NCBI GenBank assembly: GCA_964036045.1
Contig: OZ038378.1
Location: 15,438,001 to 15,502,000, forward strand
DNA from: Eutreptiella sp. 'Long Island Sound 2002'
Lineage: Eukaryota > Protista > Euglenida
DNA: 64,000 nt
Reading direction: 5' to 3'
The notes beneath the pieces are model-generated. The model saw only the letters and a list, made by a program, of their open reading frames with translations, ran no database searches and had not been told where the DNA came from. Made by a program: the position numbers and the translations under genes. Each line of letters starts with the position of its first letter. Positions within the stretch are counted from its first letter, which is position 1. Of the stretch, positions 34,501 through 45,909 are shown in pieces.

Positions 34501-37500
34501 CTGCCTACCTTCCCCCACCCCACGCCCCCTCCCTCCATCCCTCCTTGCCTGCCCCCCCCCCAGCCCTCCCTTAGGCTGACCCTCGTTCCCTCCCTCCTGC
34601 CCCCCCTAGGCCGTCCCTGAAACAAGGAGGGGTCAGTACAATTACAGATAGGTGTGAGGCTGGGCGGGCCAGACAGGTTTTCAGTTTTCAGGGTTTCAGT
34701 TTTTGTTGGGTCGAAGAAAAGGGAGTGATGGCATTGAGGTAGAGCATGGTGATAGATATCAACCACCACACTCAGAGGCTGCGCCGTATTGCAACTGACT
34801 CCTTCCGTAACCCATCTCCCTCTCTCCATCAGCCCCCTGAAACCCTAAACGTGCCGGCGCCGGTGTGGGAGGGACGCCAATGGGCAGATCAGAAGCAGCA
34901 CTTGTCAGCCGAGGGACAATCTTCTCACTCTCACCTCATTTACCAACCGGCACACTTATTCAGCCTGGATAGCAACCCCGCATAGCCCCCAAACCCCTCC
35001 TTCCCCCCTCTCTCCCTCCCTCCTTCCCTCCCTCAGGCCACCCATTCTTCTTTCCGACCTGAGATATGGGGTGACCGGGGGAGATCGAATTTTTCACAAT
35101 GGTCAACGAGGGTGAACGAGGGTGGTCACACACCATACCGACCGATGGTCGGTAACCCCTGACCATGGTGCTGGAGGGTGGTGGGGCTCATGGTGCTGCG
35201 CCTTTAGTACGCCCACGCACCTCTCGTCCCAAACTTGGGTACGCCCACGCAGATGACCTCTTGATTCACATGATTGGGTTCCTGCCGCACGTGCGCATCG
35301 ACCTCCAAGTGTCATTGCGGGAGGTGGAGGACGTGGTGCTGAAGGACTGGGACGGCGCCCTGTCCAAACAGCCACAGTGGCCGTTGCTTGTGGACATGTC
35401 GGGACAGGCACTGACCTTTCTCAAGTATGCCCTTCAATCCCCATCCATGTCCCCTTGCCGGTCCAGTCTCCCCTCCCCTCCCTCCCAGCCGCAGGGTAGC
35501 CACACAGACAAACATACAAAGCGGGTACTGATGTTGCACTCGCCCCCCAGGGCTCTCCCCACCCATTTACCCCATCCATATGGCATTGCGCACCCCACCC
35601 CACCCACCGGGGCGGGGGGTGGTCCAATAAAGGCTGGTTGGGTGCTTGTCGTACGGCCAGTGTCCACTGCCATGTTTTTTTCTTTTGCGACATGCTATTG
35701 ATTGAGGTCGTCAATCGGGGGCGCTCCCCGTGTTCTGACGGGCGCATGAAGTAACTCCCACGCCGTGAAGTCTAGAGGCTGCTCTCCACCGCAGGTCATG
35801 TGGAAATGGGGAAAAGGGGGCCACGGAGGGTGGAGGCGATGTTATGTACACCCACGGGATAGCACGGCGACACCAGATCCAAAACGCAGCACAGGAGAAT
35901 TCCTCGTCCACCCTCAACTAAGCCTACCGCTAAATTAGATTATGGGGAAATTGGAGTGTGAATGGATGCCCCCTACGTTGACCTGTGCTTACCGGTTTGG
36001 CCCGAAATATCATACTATAGGCTTGAAAATGGGCCATTGCACGCTCGGGTCGAAAAACATTCAAAAATGCATTTTTCCAAAAGTGAACCTTGACCGCTTC
36101 GGGTGCCAATGCAAGTAGTTTGGGCCTATTTGGAGTCTACAACACCCCTTTTCAGCCTCTTGGCCCGTGCCCCAGGTGCCCCGATGTATCGCCGCCGTCT
36201 GCTCTTCGCGGTATCGGAATATAAACACGGGAACAGACAAGGATGGGAGTAGGGCACGCACAAAGTGCAGGGTTTGCTGTTTCCAGGTGCCTGGTTTTTG
36301 GTGCAATTTCTTGTCCTCACCAGCTCGGTCCCAATATTCAGTCCTGATGAGGATTAGGGTTAGGGATGGATGCCAACCCCTGGCCCCCCGCTTCCAGCAC
36401 CCCCCCCCCTTCCTGCTGGCTGCAACGGGGCCTCTGGCCACGATTGGTTTGGGGGGGGGGGGGTATTTCACGGCGTAACCAAAGAGGCAGCCTCCTGGTG
36501 GGCTTTGGTATCTCAACTGCTATCCCAAAGTCCGTGCACCATCAACCAAGGTGGCATATCAGGCAGTCTGCCTAGAACAGACCATTTCATGCTGATGCTG
36601 CGATGGCCACCCCCGGCCCCCACTCCCGCACACAATGATCTCAATCAACGCAAGCAGGTCATGCAAAACACATGGCACTGGACCTCAGTTGTATGACAAA
36701 GTACCCGACCAGCCTCGATAGAACACCCACCGCACGACCACCACACACCCGCACCGGCCGAACTCTGGCGGAGGGCGATGCACGGCACTCCTTTAGGGGA
36801 GAACGGCCTGGGGGAAGGCATGCCAAAGGGGGAGGTAGGCACAAGCCAGTGAGAGAGCAGTGCCATAAGTGCCCTCTGCTGCACGGAGCAGAGGTGGACC
36901 AGGAACCCAAGCAGCGATGGCGAAGGGCCCTCTGAGTGCAGTAGAATTGGCATTGCAGGGGCATCCCATCCCACACCAAATAGTCATTGCAATCGACCAG
37001 AAATTCATGCAGTGAGGCATTGCAGTCTGTGTAAACCCCCCCCCCCAAATTTAGTACCCCCCCAAATTTAGTCCCCCCCCAAATTTAGCCCCCCCCCCCC
37101 AATTTAGTCCCCCCCGGCCTTATTAAGCAATCTGCCATATTTAGTACCCCCCTGAACCTCCCAAGCAAACGGTGCATGAACACATCGAGGGTACACTTTT
37201 TAGAACTGCAAGTGTCACTTGAAGAACGAAGTCAGTTTCATCTGCTTTTTTGTGTTGGAAGCAACAGCAGAGGCATGGGCCACAGCTGCAGAAGATGCTG
37301 CATTAGCTCCATCTGCCCCTGTAACACACACACATCTTCAAAATGTTCCTCTGGATCAAACTTATAATCTGGCAATCTGGCAATCACTGACTTGTTCCCC
37401 AATGTCTTGTTCCTCTGAAGATGTCTCAGAAGGTTCATCAGACAGGCCATCAAGTCCTAGTTCCACCTGCTGCAACTCAAAATCAGATTCAGAATCTGAA

Positions 37501-37703
37501 TGTTCCATGCAGCCAACAGAAATCAAAGCTGAATGAAACGTGAAAAGTACACGTGGCCCGCACCTCCCAAATTTAGTACCCCCCCCAAATTTAGTACCCC
37601 CCGGCCTTATTGAGCATCCTGCCATATTTAGTCCCCCGGGGGACTAAATTTTCGGGGGGGGGGGGGTTACTCTCAGTCTGAGCAATGGTGGTTGAAGATG
37701 TTT

Positions 37704-37736
<33 letters not shown>

Positions 37737-40700
37737 TTCTCTCTCTTAGTGGTTGTGCTAGGACGAAATTCGAAGGGCACAGGGGTTGACATATCTTTAC
37801 AGAAATCCGCCCAAATTGGGGGAATGGGAGGTCATTCCATCTCAGAGACCCTCTTACAGTGGGGTCTCAGCAGCATAATGCAAATGGGAAACGGGGCTGG
37901 ACCTAACGGAGACCCACCGCCAGCACAAATGCCGCCTCGTCTTATCCCTTGCTTTCCTGATTGACGATTGACATTGTAGTGTCCTCCTGCACCAACCAAG
38001 GCCAGCTCCAACTTCATCTTGGGGGACATGCCACCTCAACGCCTTGGCCCTCCTTCACATGGTGCCCCCAAATCTTACGCATGCACCGACCCCCGTCAGG
38101 GAGCCATGGTTTTGAGGTGCTGGCCACACCCGCAGCAGCCGGACCCATAATGTGTCGGTTTTGGTGTGTTGCCTTCATTGCGCTCAGGTACCGGGACACC
38201 GTCTTCTTGGACTCGTTCACGCCGCACGCGCTCGATGTCGAGACCGTGCGCCATGCCATTTTGGGGGGGCTTCGATACGGACGGAGTGTTGTGGTGTCGT
38301 TGGGGGATCTGGACGTGTTGCACGGCCTTGGAGTGGCCTTTGACAAAGTGCAGAAAGGTGCCCCTCCCCTGTGCGTGCAGCGAGGCAGGCGTTCCCATTG
38401 TGGCGTCCGCTATCCACACCCATGTCGCCTCAGTGTCGCGCACCACAATCCCTGGCCAGGACTTGTCCATACCCCAGTGCAACCCGACGGCGGCCAATGC
38501 CTGAATGGGGTGGGATCCAGGGGTGTGCTTAGTGCTACGCTGGGGGGGGGGGGGGGGGGATACTCCATCCGTTGATTTTGTCCTCCTTTTCAGGGGGCGG
38601 GGGAGGGGAGGGGGTATGTATATGATGTGGTCCGCAGTGTGTCGCTGTACGCTGCCCTCTGTCATGCCACCAGGTCACCAGCACATGGCATACCGGGCTT
38701 TCAAGTGAGGGGGTGGGGAGTCAATAGAGGCCCCCAAATCTGGAGAGGGGGGGGGGGGGGGAAGGGCTCAGTTGACAGGCACCAGAAATCAGTAATCATG
38801 AACACTGGCGCCAAAGGCGCCGAAAAACTTTTTGAGCATTAAAAATGGGCAACTTTTTTTCACCAAATACATGGCAAATGATGACTTTTCTGAACCCCTC
38901 CGAGGCCCGGGGGTCAGTCTCGTTAGGATTTTGGGGGTCCCGTCAATTGAGCCCTTTTTGGGAGGGCAGGGGGGTCTAGCCAGGGGGCTCTATCGACCCC
39001 CCCCCCTCACTTGAAAGTCCGGTTGCCCCATTCCATTTCCCCTCAGACCTGTTGGCCAAAGGCATCCACGGCCGTTCTCGGCTCTCGACAAGTCTTTCTT
39101 TTCTCTTCCTGTGGCTTTGGACAGTTGTCCCTGCACGAAGGCGGCATGCTTTGTTGGGTCATGGGAGCTTGTTTGGCCTTCTGAATCCAAGACATGTCTG
39201 AGCAACGGCCCCTAACATGCCCATCGTTGGCCACTTTAGCCGAAATCAGCCACCCAATCCCTTCGGACAACCAAATCATGAGAGACAGCTGTCACCCCAA
39301 CGCTTGTCTTACCTCGCCACTCCACCACATGTGTGAGCCGTACCCTCAACAGTGGGCAGAAAGGCCAAGACCCTGTGTATTTGGCGGAAAACAGCCATTT
39401 TTGGACATGGCAGCCGCAACGTTAGTCTCTTAACACTCTGTTGTTTTGCTTATGTCGCGTTCAAGCACCGGATGCATCAACCCTTTGCACCGGTATCGAC
39501 ATGTTGAGTTGCATCGGATGCACATCTCTTGGGGTTCTAGACATCAAGGGTGTGGTGATTGAAGATTGAATGCCATCCGATGGCGCTAGAGGTGGGCTCA
39601 AGCACGCTGGGAAAGGGGCTGCAATTTTATAGGAGGCAGTGGTCAAATTTTTGCAAGTATGTGCTTGCGTTTGCAGGCCCCCTGAGGCTACAGACACCCA
39701 CATGACACACCCATGTGTCATCATTGGGGGGGACGGAAGACCCCCCCCCTCCCCTCGTGGGGGTGGGTCCTTTTGAAGGGTTTGAACCGGAAGGAATTGT
39801 TTTCCATATTTTTGTGCTTTTGGATCAGGTTGGGTGGTGGGTGGGTGGGTCCCAACGCCCTCCCCCCAGCCCCCGTGGGGGTGTCCCTGGGTTTCCCAAA
39901 AATCTGAGTGGACCCCCCCCCCCCACAATAGGCACATTGAGGGCTCCTCCCTTGCGGCGCCTGCGGCGCGCATTAGAAATAATTCCAAGAGCAAACAAGA
40001 CAGGCAATTCCGTGTTATTGTATTTGCTGTTTTTTGCACACTCCACCCCTCTACATTGTGCACCACGTCCCCTAAGCACTCTTTTTCTTCAAGGACCCAC
40101 CCCTTCTCCCCTGGTGGGGGGGGGGGGGGTTCCCTAGGCGATTTGGATAGGCCCCCTTACTAGTTGGAGATATGTCTTGGTCCTAGGTCCTAACTCAACG
40201 ACATGTCGAACATATTCAAAATTCGTGGCCGATTCAGGCAATGAGAATCTGCTGTGGCTGATTCGGGCACTAAGAATCTGCTGAACTCAGCTAAACGAAA
40301 CCCATGGCGGCGTGTAACAGTGCTTTGAGCGCCAGAGCAGGCAAGACGAGGCGCTCTACAAGTGTCGGCCTTCTTGTTGCAAGTTTCACTGTTTCTGCTG
40401 TTTGGGAGGATTATTCCTGCCTTGCGCCGCCTGGGGCGCGCCCTGCAGTGAGCAAGAGGAGCCCTCATTGCCGGTGGGACCCATGCATTGCCCATGCCTC
40501 AATGTGGTACGTACCAAGGCTTCCTTTGTAGGATGCACCAACAGCCATTGCCTGTCTTAACGGGGACCCAGCCACATCCAACAGACGTTCAGTATGACGC
40601 AGCACCTGTGAAGAGTGCGGTACACGGGATGGGGCCAGTGGGGCCATGGGTGTGGGGCGAGGCGTGGGTGGCCCCCATCAGTAGTGATGAGCCCCGTCTG

Positions 40701-41961
40701 GGCTGTGAGTAGGGGCACCAACTGGTGCTCGCAGTCCCATGTGGAGGACTTGGGGACAGACGCTTCACTGTTGGGCGCCCTGTGAGTGCGCACCAATAGC
40801 CCTCTGGGGTATACTTTTGGCTCACCAAACGCGAATTGTATAAGCGGCCAACCGCCCCATTGACCCCCATGCCGTACAGTATGCGCATCACCCCTCAAAA
40901 GGGGGGGCGTGGGGGCCCTGTCTGCAGTCATGCCACTTTTGATCCAAAGACCCCCGCAACTCTGTACACATCCCCCCCCACGCACACGCCACTAACACAA
41001 GTGGCCGAGAATCGACTCAGGGGCCTTGTGCCCTTAAACAAAAGTATCACCTACCATCGAAGTGTTGACTACCTTGTTTAAAACGGCAGCCGGGGGGGGG
41101 GGGGGGGCTTAATGGACCGAGGTAAAACTTAGTAAAAAAAATTTAAAAACAAAATTTTCTTTAAATTTTTTTACTAGGTTTTACCTCGTTTCTACTAAGT
41201 TTTACCAAATTTTACTAAGTGTTACCTCGTCCGGTACTAAGTTTTACCAAATACCCCACACACACGACACTGTGCAGTCCAGTCCCTGTAACCTGTTGCA
41301 AGGATATCAAGAAGTACGACCTGATTCGGAGAATGGATGACTTGGGGCAGGGAGTGGGTGTTTGCCATAAAGGCTACGTCAGTACGGCGGTTGGTACTCC
41401 TGGCTGTGCGCACTGGTTTGAGTCTTCGAAATACATTGGTTACATGGCTTGTTCCAGGCCACTGGCGAAAGGCATTTTGGCTTCAGTGAGAGTGGAACAG
41501 TGGTCCCTCAGCTCACAAGTGCGGCACCGGCGCCGGCACTGCTTCACACAAAGCCCTTCCCAGAACCGCGCAGTTTGGAGGGTGTTCACCACTACAAATG
41601 ACGTGGGAAATGTAACACAGGGCCAGGGGGGTCCGGGTCCAGCCCATCGTTGCTTGCGCAGCCTGTGCAGGCGTTGTGCAATGGTCTCACATGTACTTGG
41701 GGGCGGGGGGCAGGCGCTGCAGTTGCGCCGACGGCCTCGCGTGCGTCGTGCCCAGGCCTACTGGACGCGGTGATGGACAAGTCGATTCGCCGGCCTGAGA
41801 AATACCTGCAGTTGCGCCGGCCGGAGGACGACGAAGAATACGACCCCAGTGCCTTCAATCCGGTCCTGGTGAGCCTGTTCCGCTTCATTCTTGTCACCAC
41901 CTGCAAGCGCCCGTGTCTGGCCCTGCAGGGGCAGGTCTACATCATCGGAGTGCAGGGGTGA
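28504..41961 (+). CDS. IQANK1: IQ motif and ankyrin repeat domain-containing protein 1 (IQANK1)-like gene, 9 exons
   Basis: Exons 28504-28747, 31682-31872, 32517-32644, 33560-33695, 33883-34117, 35253-35424, 38188-38357 and 41756-41961 are all GT-AG and phase-consistent (8 mapped; the count may change with the 5' end). Ankyrins SPLSEASSQGHIEIVKLLL and RTPIWRAAWNDHTDVIQVLLEAGAD. C-terminal family motifs WPLLVDMSGQALTFLKYRD, AILGGLRYGRSVV and YLQLRRPEDDEEYDPSAF. No IQ motif seen, so upstream exons are possible. Confidence 0.85.
29204..30059. mobile_element. PIF/Harbinger (Tourist-like) MITE, copy 1
   Basis: TIR GAGGGCTAC..CTGCG(G)CGCG / GCGCGCAGGAGTAGCCCTC and 3-bp TSD AAC. Both subterminal regions match the copy at 39939-40466. 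Confidence 0.75.
31262..31510 (+). pseudogene. Fragment of a DIRS-type DNA N6-adenine methyltransferase (Dam-like) domain inside IQANK1 intron 1
   Basis: VQVELFASKEQHMMQLYCLRYLNNAYRFYWRSMGLCHANPPFPQLAKVLIKIALKGARVVIIT matches the DIRS MT pattern (D/E)LFAS..N..Y...NA...W...NPPF..L.KVL.K...GA..V. Stop at 31510. Confidence 0.7.
37031..37670 (-). mobile_element. TIR-bounded deletion derivative with a pogo/Tigger-like transposase C-terminal remnant
   Basis: Ends GTAAACCCCCCCCCCCAAATTTAGT(A)CCCCC and GGGGGACTAAATTTTCGGGGGGGGGGGGGTTAC are inverted. Subterminal AAATTTAGT(A)CCCCCCC tandem units. The - strand encodes an acidic stretch (SDSESDFELQQ..SDEPSETSSEE) and KKQMKLTSFFK-stop (PIP-box pattern). 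TSD not resolved. Confidence 0.6.
37703..37745 (+). repeat. (CT)n microsatellite
   Basis: Imperfect CT dinucleotide run. Confidence 0.9.
38692..39023. mobile_element. About 330-bp MITE-like element with long imperfect TIRs
   Basis: ACCGGGCTTTCAAGTGAGGGGG..GTCAATAGAGGCCCCC versus the reverse complement ACCGGACTTTCAAGTGAGGGGG..GTCGATAGAGCCCCC. Inner inverted pair GGGCTCAGTTGACAGG / CCCGTCAATTGAGCCC. No TSD seen. Confidence 0.7.
39939..40466. mobile_element. PIF/Harbinger (Tourist-like) MITE, copy 2
   Basis: TIR GAGGGCTCCTC / GAGGAGCCCTC and 3-bp TSD ATT. Shares GAATAATTCC..AGCAAACAAG..CACACTCCACCCCTCTACA and TTCTTGTTGCAAGTTTCACT..GGATTATTCCTGCC with copy 1. Confidence 0.75.
41118..41250. repeat. 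AT-rich fold-back hairpin plus TACTAAGTTTTACC tandem subrepeats
   Basis: 41118-41145 and 41162-41188 are near-perfect reverse complements (27-28 bp arms), followed by three TACTAAGT(T/G)TTACC units. Confidence 0.8.
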
Positions 41962-42093
41962 TGCGGTCTGTCAGGCCCTGGGCCACGGGCCGCGGCCTGG
42001 CCAAGCCCCAGGGCACGCCGCAGCCCACTGCCCACCAAATATCGGGCGCGTCCCCAGCTCCTCCACGCGCCAACACCGACGTCAACGCCCACG

Positions 42094-43922
42094 TCATGCC
42101 GTGCCCCACCGCACCACCACCTCCAGCCGGCGCTCAGCAAGTGCAGTCCACTCAGGCCCCGCCCATCCCCAGCGGTGCGGAGTGATGGAGGAGAGGCAGT
42201 GGAGGGGGGGCAGTGGACGCCAACCACCAGAGCAGTCCTGGAGCTCCCGTGCGTACCGGTCCTGTGAATGCGCAGCAGCAGCAGTCGACAAAGGCCGGGG
42301 CCTTGGCGACCCAGACCCCAAGAGGGGGACCTTATGTCAGACGTGAGCGCCTCATTGCTCGGCCTTCCGCGGAGCATTGCATGGCCCCCGGCACCGAAGG
42401 CGGCACGACCGTGCGTACATCCGTGTGCCGCAACACGCAGCAGTGCACCCCTTCTTGTTGGGGCCCGGCCCCCCCTGACGTGCCGGCCATGTCGCCGGGT
42501 GGGGGGGCATACGGTCGGGTCGAACGGGTTTGGGTGGCTTTGGGACACAGACACCGCCCACAGAGCCCGGCAGGTGTCAGCCGTGTGCCGCTGCCCCACG
42601 GAGGTGGGCCCAGCCACGTGCTGCCGCACGTGTACGGCTGTGCCCACCGGTCCGGAGTGTGGGGCTCCGGGACTGCGGCTTCGGCGTGCCAGGCTACGGT
42701 GCAGCATGAGGCGTGTGTGTGAGCGGGGGGTTGTGGCTGTGGTGCAGCCCCAGTGGAGGTGTGCGAGAGGTGGCGGTGGTTTGAATCGGAGACGGAGTGC
42801 ACCGGCCCCGGGGGGAGGGGGGGGGGGGACGTGTTGTTCAGGGGGGGGCTGCGGCCCGACAAAGCGTGCGCCTGCGCGGCCCTCTGCCCACTTCGCAGAC
42901 GCGGTGGGGCCCTTCGTACGCGTGGCATCCCCCCGTGCGTTGGCTCGATCCCTCGTGCAAGGGAACGGCCTGACAGAGCGCTCTGGTGTGTTCTGGGGCC
43001 AGTCCTGGCCCTTGGGTGTCGACCCGTGGGGGAAGGGGGGGGGGCGGGGGGTGATGATCTGAATCCTGCGGAGGGCGGTGACCACCTTCCGCATTCCAGG
43101 GCCTGGGGATGACGGAATGCGCAGCCTCTGCCGGCGCTGGCAGGGGGGCGGTCGGTCTGGGGGCAGTGCTGCCCCTGCGGGAGGGGGACAGGGATTCCAC
43201 CCTCGACTCCCCACAACCGCACACCCCCGGTCCTTCCCAAGAAGGCAGGCCGCCCCCCCCCCCCCCCCGCCGCCCGCTCTATGTAACCCTAGGCCCCGAG
43301 GTGCTGCCTGTGAGGGGCAGGCCGCGCCCCGTGTGCCCCCACCCCCGCTCCCCTGTGTCCGCTCCACAGGTCCACAGACCGGGCCCGGACCCCTGAAGGA
43401 GGGCAAGGGCGGTCCGCGGTGACAGGCCCCGCCCTCTCGCCCCCGCCCTCGCCCTGACCCCGCCCGGCCACTGCCCCTGCACACCTCTTGCACCCCCGCA
43501 CCCACTCCCCCGCACCCGCACGCGCACTGCCCTTCCCCCGGAGGATGCACCCCCTCCCCACGCCATCGGGAGCGGTTGGCAGCGTAGAACACTCAGGATC
43601 TCGCCGTCTGCGGCGTTCAGCGTGCCCCAGGCCCCCGGAAGTAGCTCTGCAGCTCCGGTGCCCCCAGGGCAGGGCAGTGTTCAGCATGACGCCCCCCCCC
43701 CCGCCCCCCCGCCGCCGGCAGCACTGACAGCAGCCCCCACCCCAGGCTCCAGTGCGTGTTGTGTCTTGCGAAAGTCCTCGGGCGACCAAGTGTCCAGAGC
43801 GCTAGGCACGCGCATCCAAAAACCTCGCGCCCCCTGTCGCGTGTTACCCGCATCTACGCCGAGTTGTGGCGCGGCGATGGTGAGGGCAAGAGTGAGGCAG
43901 AGCCATGGGCTTGAGATCCTGG
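42094..43922 (-). CDS. Possible multi-exon hypothetical gene, convergent with IQANK1-like
   Basis: Candidate terminal exon after CATTCACAG| reads DRYARELQDCSGGWRPLPPLHCLSSITPHRWGWAGPEWTALAERRLEVVVRWGTA-stop. Candidate exon at about 43745-43922 reads LCLTLALTIAAPQLG..GFWMRVPSALDTWSPEDFRKTQHALEPG. Exon phases could not be reconciled. Confidence 0.25.
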
Positions 43923-44528
43923 TGGGTACATGGGACTGCAGAGGAGCATGGGTCGTCAGGGTCGAGTCACCGCACAACAGCAGCCTCCCCTCACATCCCC
44001 CCCTCACACGCCCCGTCACATGCCCCCACATGTCCACTCCCGCATATTCCATCGATGAATGACTAAACATCAGTGAACACAGCACTGCTCAGTGGACCGT
44101 CGGTTCAGGCTCGTGCCCGGCCTCCTCGGGGACGCAGCGGGCTCAAAAAAGTGACGCCTCCACGTTTGGAGGCCCCGACCCGAAGTCTGGCTTTCTACGC
44201 CATTTGTGCACCGTTTGTTTCTTTGGCCTCATGATTTGACGGATGGTTCTCGGACACAGCGCCCCTCAGATCGCGGGCTGTGTTGCCAGGCCCATGTGTG
44301 TCTGTGCGCAGTTGTGCACAAGATCCCACTGTGGAGGGGCGCCACAGCACCGTTCACAGCGTTGTCACATCCCCCAAAGAAGAGGTTTCTGACCGTCTCG
44401 GCCTCAGGTGTCGTTTAAATAGAGGCTGCCCATCTTCACTGGCGGTACCATCAACCCTTTTGGCTCAGAAACAATTGGGAAACGGCGGCAACCACCGTGC
44501 GCCGTCCGCCGTCGGTTAGCCTTCAATC

Positions 44529-45296
44529 GCCGTCAGTCCAGCGGCATCCTGTGCCCGCGACAGATCTCGATCCAAGCCTGTGACTCGTTTTGGCCTCTGG
44601 ACGATTACCCAGTAATCGCCCCTGCGTCAAATGCAGTCGGGGTCAGCTCGCTGGCTATGTATCATCAGAAACGAAATGCTCCCGTTGCGATTGCGACGAG
44701 TTTTGTTGCAATGTTTGATGACATTAAAATGTGATCATCCATCACCAAGACACCTCCCAACTCCCCAATGCCTCATATTTTCCAGGTGTTTTGGCCAATG
44801 CTTCATTGGGGACCCTACGCAATGCAACCTGTAACCCATTCCTTCCTTTGGTACCACACATCAACCCCTGTCCATGCACCAACCCCCTCCGCAAGGTCCT
44901 TTCCCGAAATGAGCCGTCAGTCCAGCGGCATCCTGTGCCCGCGACAGATCTCGATCCAAGCCTGTGACTCGTTTTGGCCTCTGGACGATTACCCAGTAAT
45001 CGCCCCTGCGTCAAATGCAGTCGGGGTCAGCTCGCTGGCTATGTATCATCAGAAACGAAATGCTCCCGTTGCGATTGCGACGAGTTTTGTTGCAATGTTT
45101 GATGACATTAAAATGTGATCATCCATCACCAAGACACCTCCCAACTCCCCAATGCCTCATATTTTCCAGGTGTTTTGGCCAATGCTTCATTGGGGACCCT
45201 ACGCAATGCAACCTGTAACCCATTCCTTCCTTTGGTACCACACATCAACCCCTGTCCATGCACCACCCCCCTCCGCAAGGTCCTTTCCCGAAATGA
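44529..45296 (+). repeat. Near-identical 384-bp tandem duplication (44529-44912 and 44913-45296)
   Basis: ORFs 44631-44834 and 45015-45218 are identical and 384 bp apart. Only one substitution noticed (ACCAACCCCC versus ACCACCCCCC). Confidence 0.95.
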
Positions 45297-45909
45297 GCAG
45301 TCCGCTCATTCCGGTGTTACCACTCCGGACAGAAGCGCTGGCATGTGGCTTGTCCACGCTGGAATGCCCCAGCTCCAAGGCTGTCCCCGCCTGGATGGGT
45401 CGGAGCGACTGGAGCTAGGGGCTACCAACTCAGTGCGGCAGGAGGCCTGAGGTGGTGAATGCATTGGGCTCTGGCTCAGAGCCCTGATGGACGTCCATGT
45501 CCATGGGCACAATGGATGTCTGTGCACATGGCTCCTGGTTTAGTGGATGTCTGCCCATGGATATCCGTGGCGGCTTGCTTGTGCCCACTTCAGTGCAGTA
45601 CATTGAAGGTGTTGCCCCCTGATACTGCCATGCCCACCTCATGCATTTCATCAATAAGGGAAGTTCTCACAAACGGCCAGGGCGTCTTTGTTCTTACTCA
45701 AGCTATTTCCTGGCAGCTTGCGACCAGCAACGTTCCCAGTGTCCTCAGACATGCCCTTAATACTGCATGAGCCCAACCTCAATATCGTGCATCGCTTGCA
45801 ACACTCAATTTCCCCTCAACACCCAATTCGCCCATACACACCTGCCCCTTTGCCTGCAATACTTGAATACCACGACCCCGCATGAGCAGGATGAACTGCA
45901 CGCAGCTGA

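Noticed and set aside
41937-43592. 551-aa - strand ORF
   Set aside because: G/P/R/A-rich low-complexity translation of very GC-rich DNA with poly-C/G runs; no domain.
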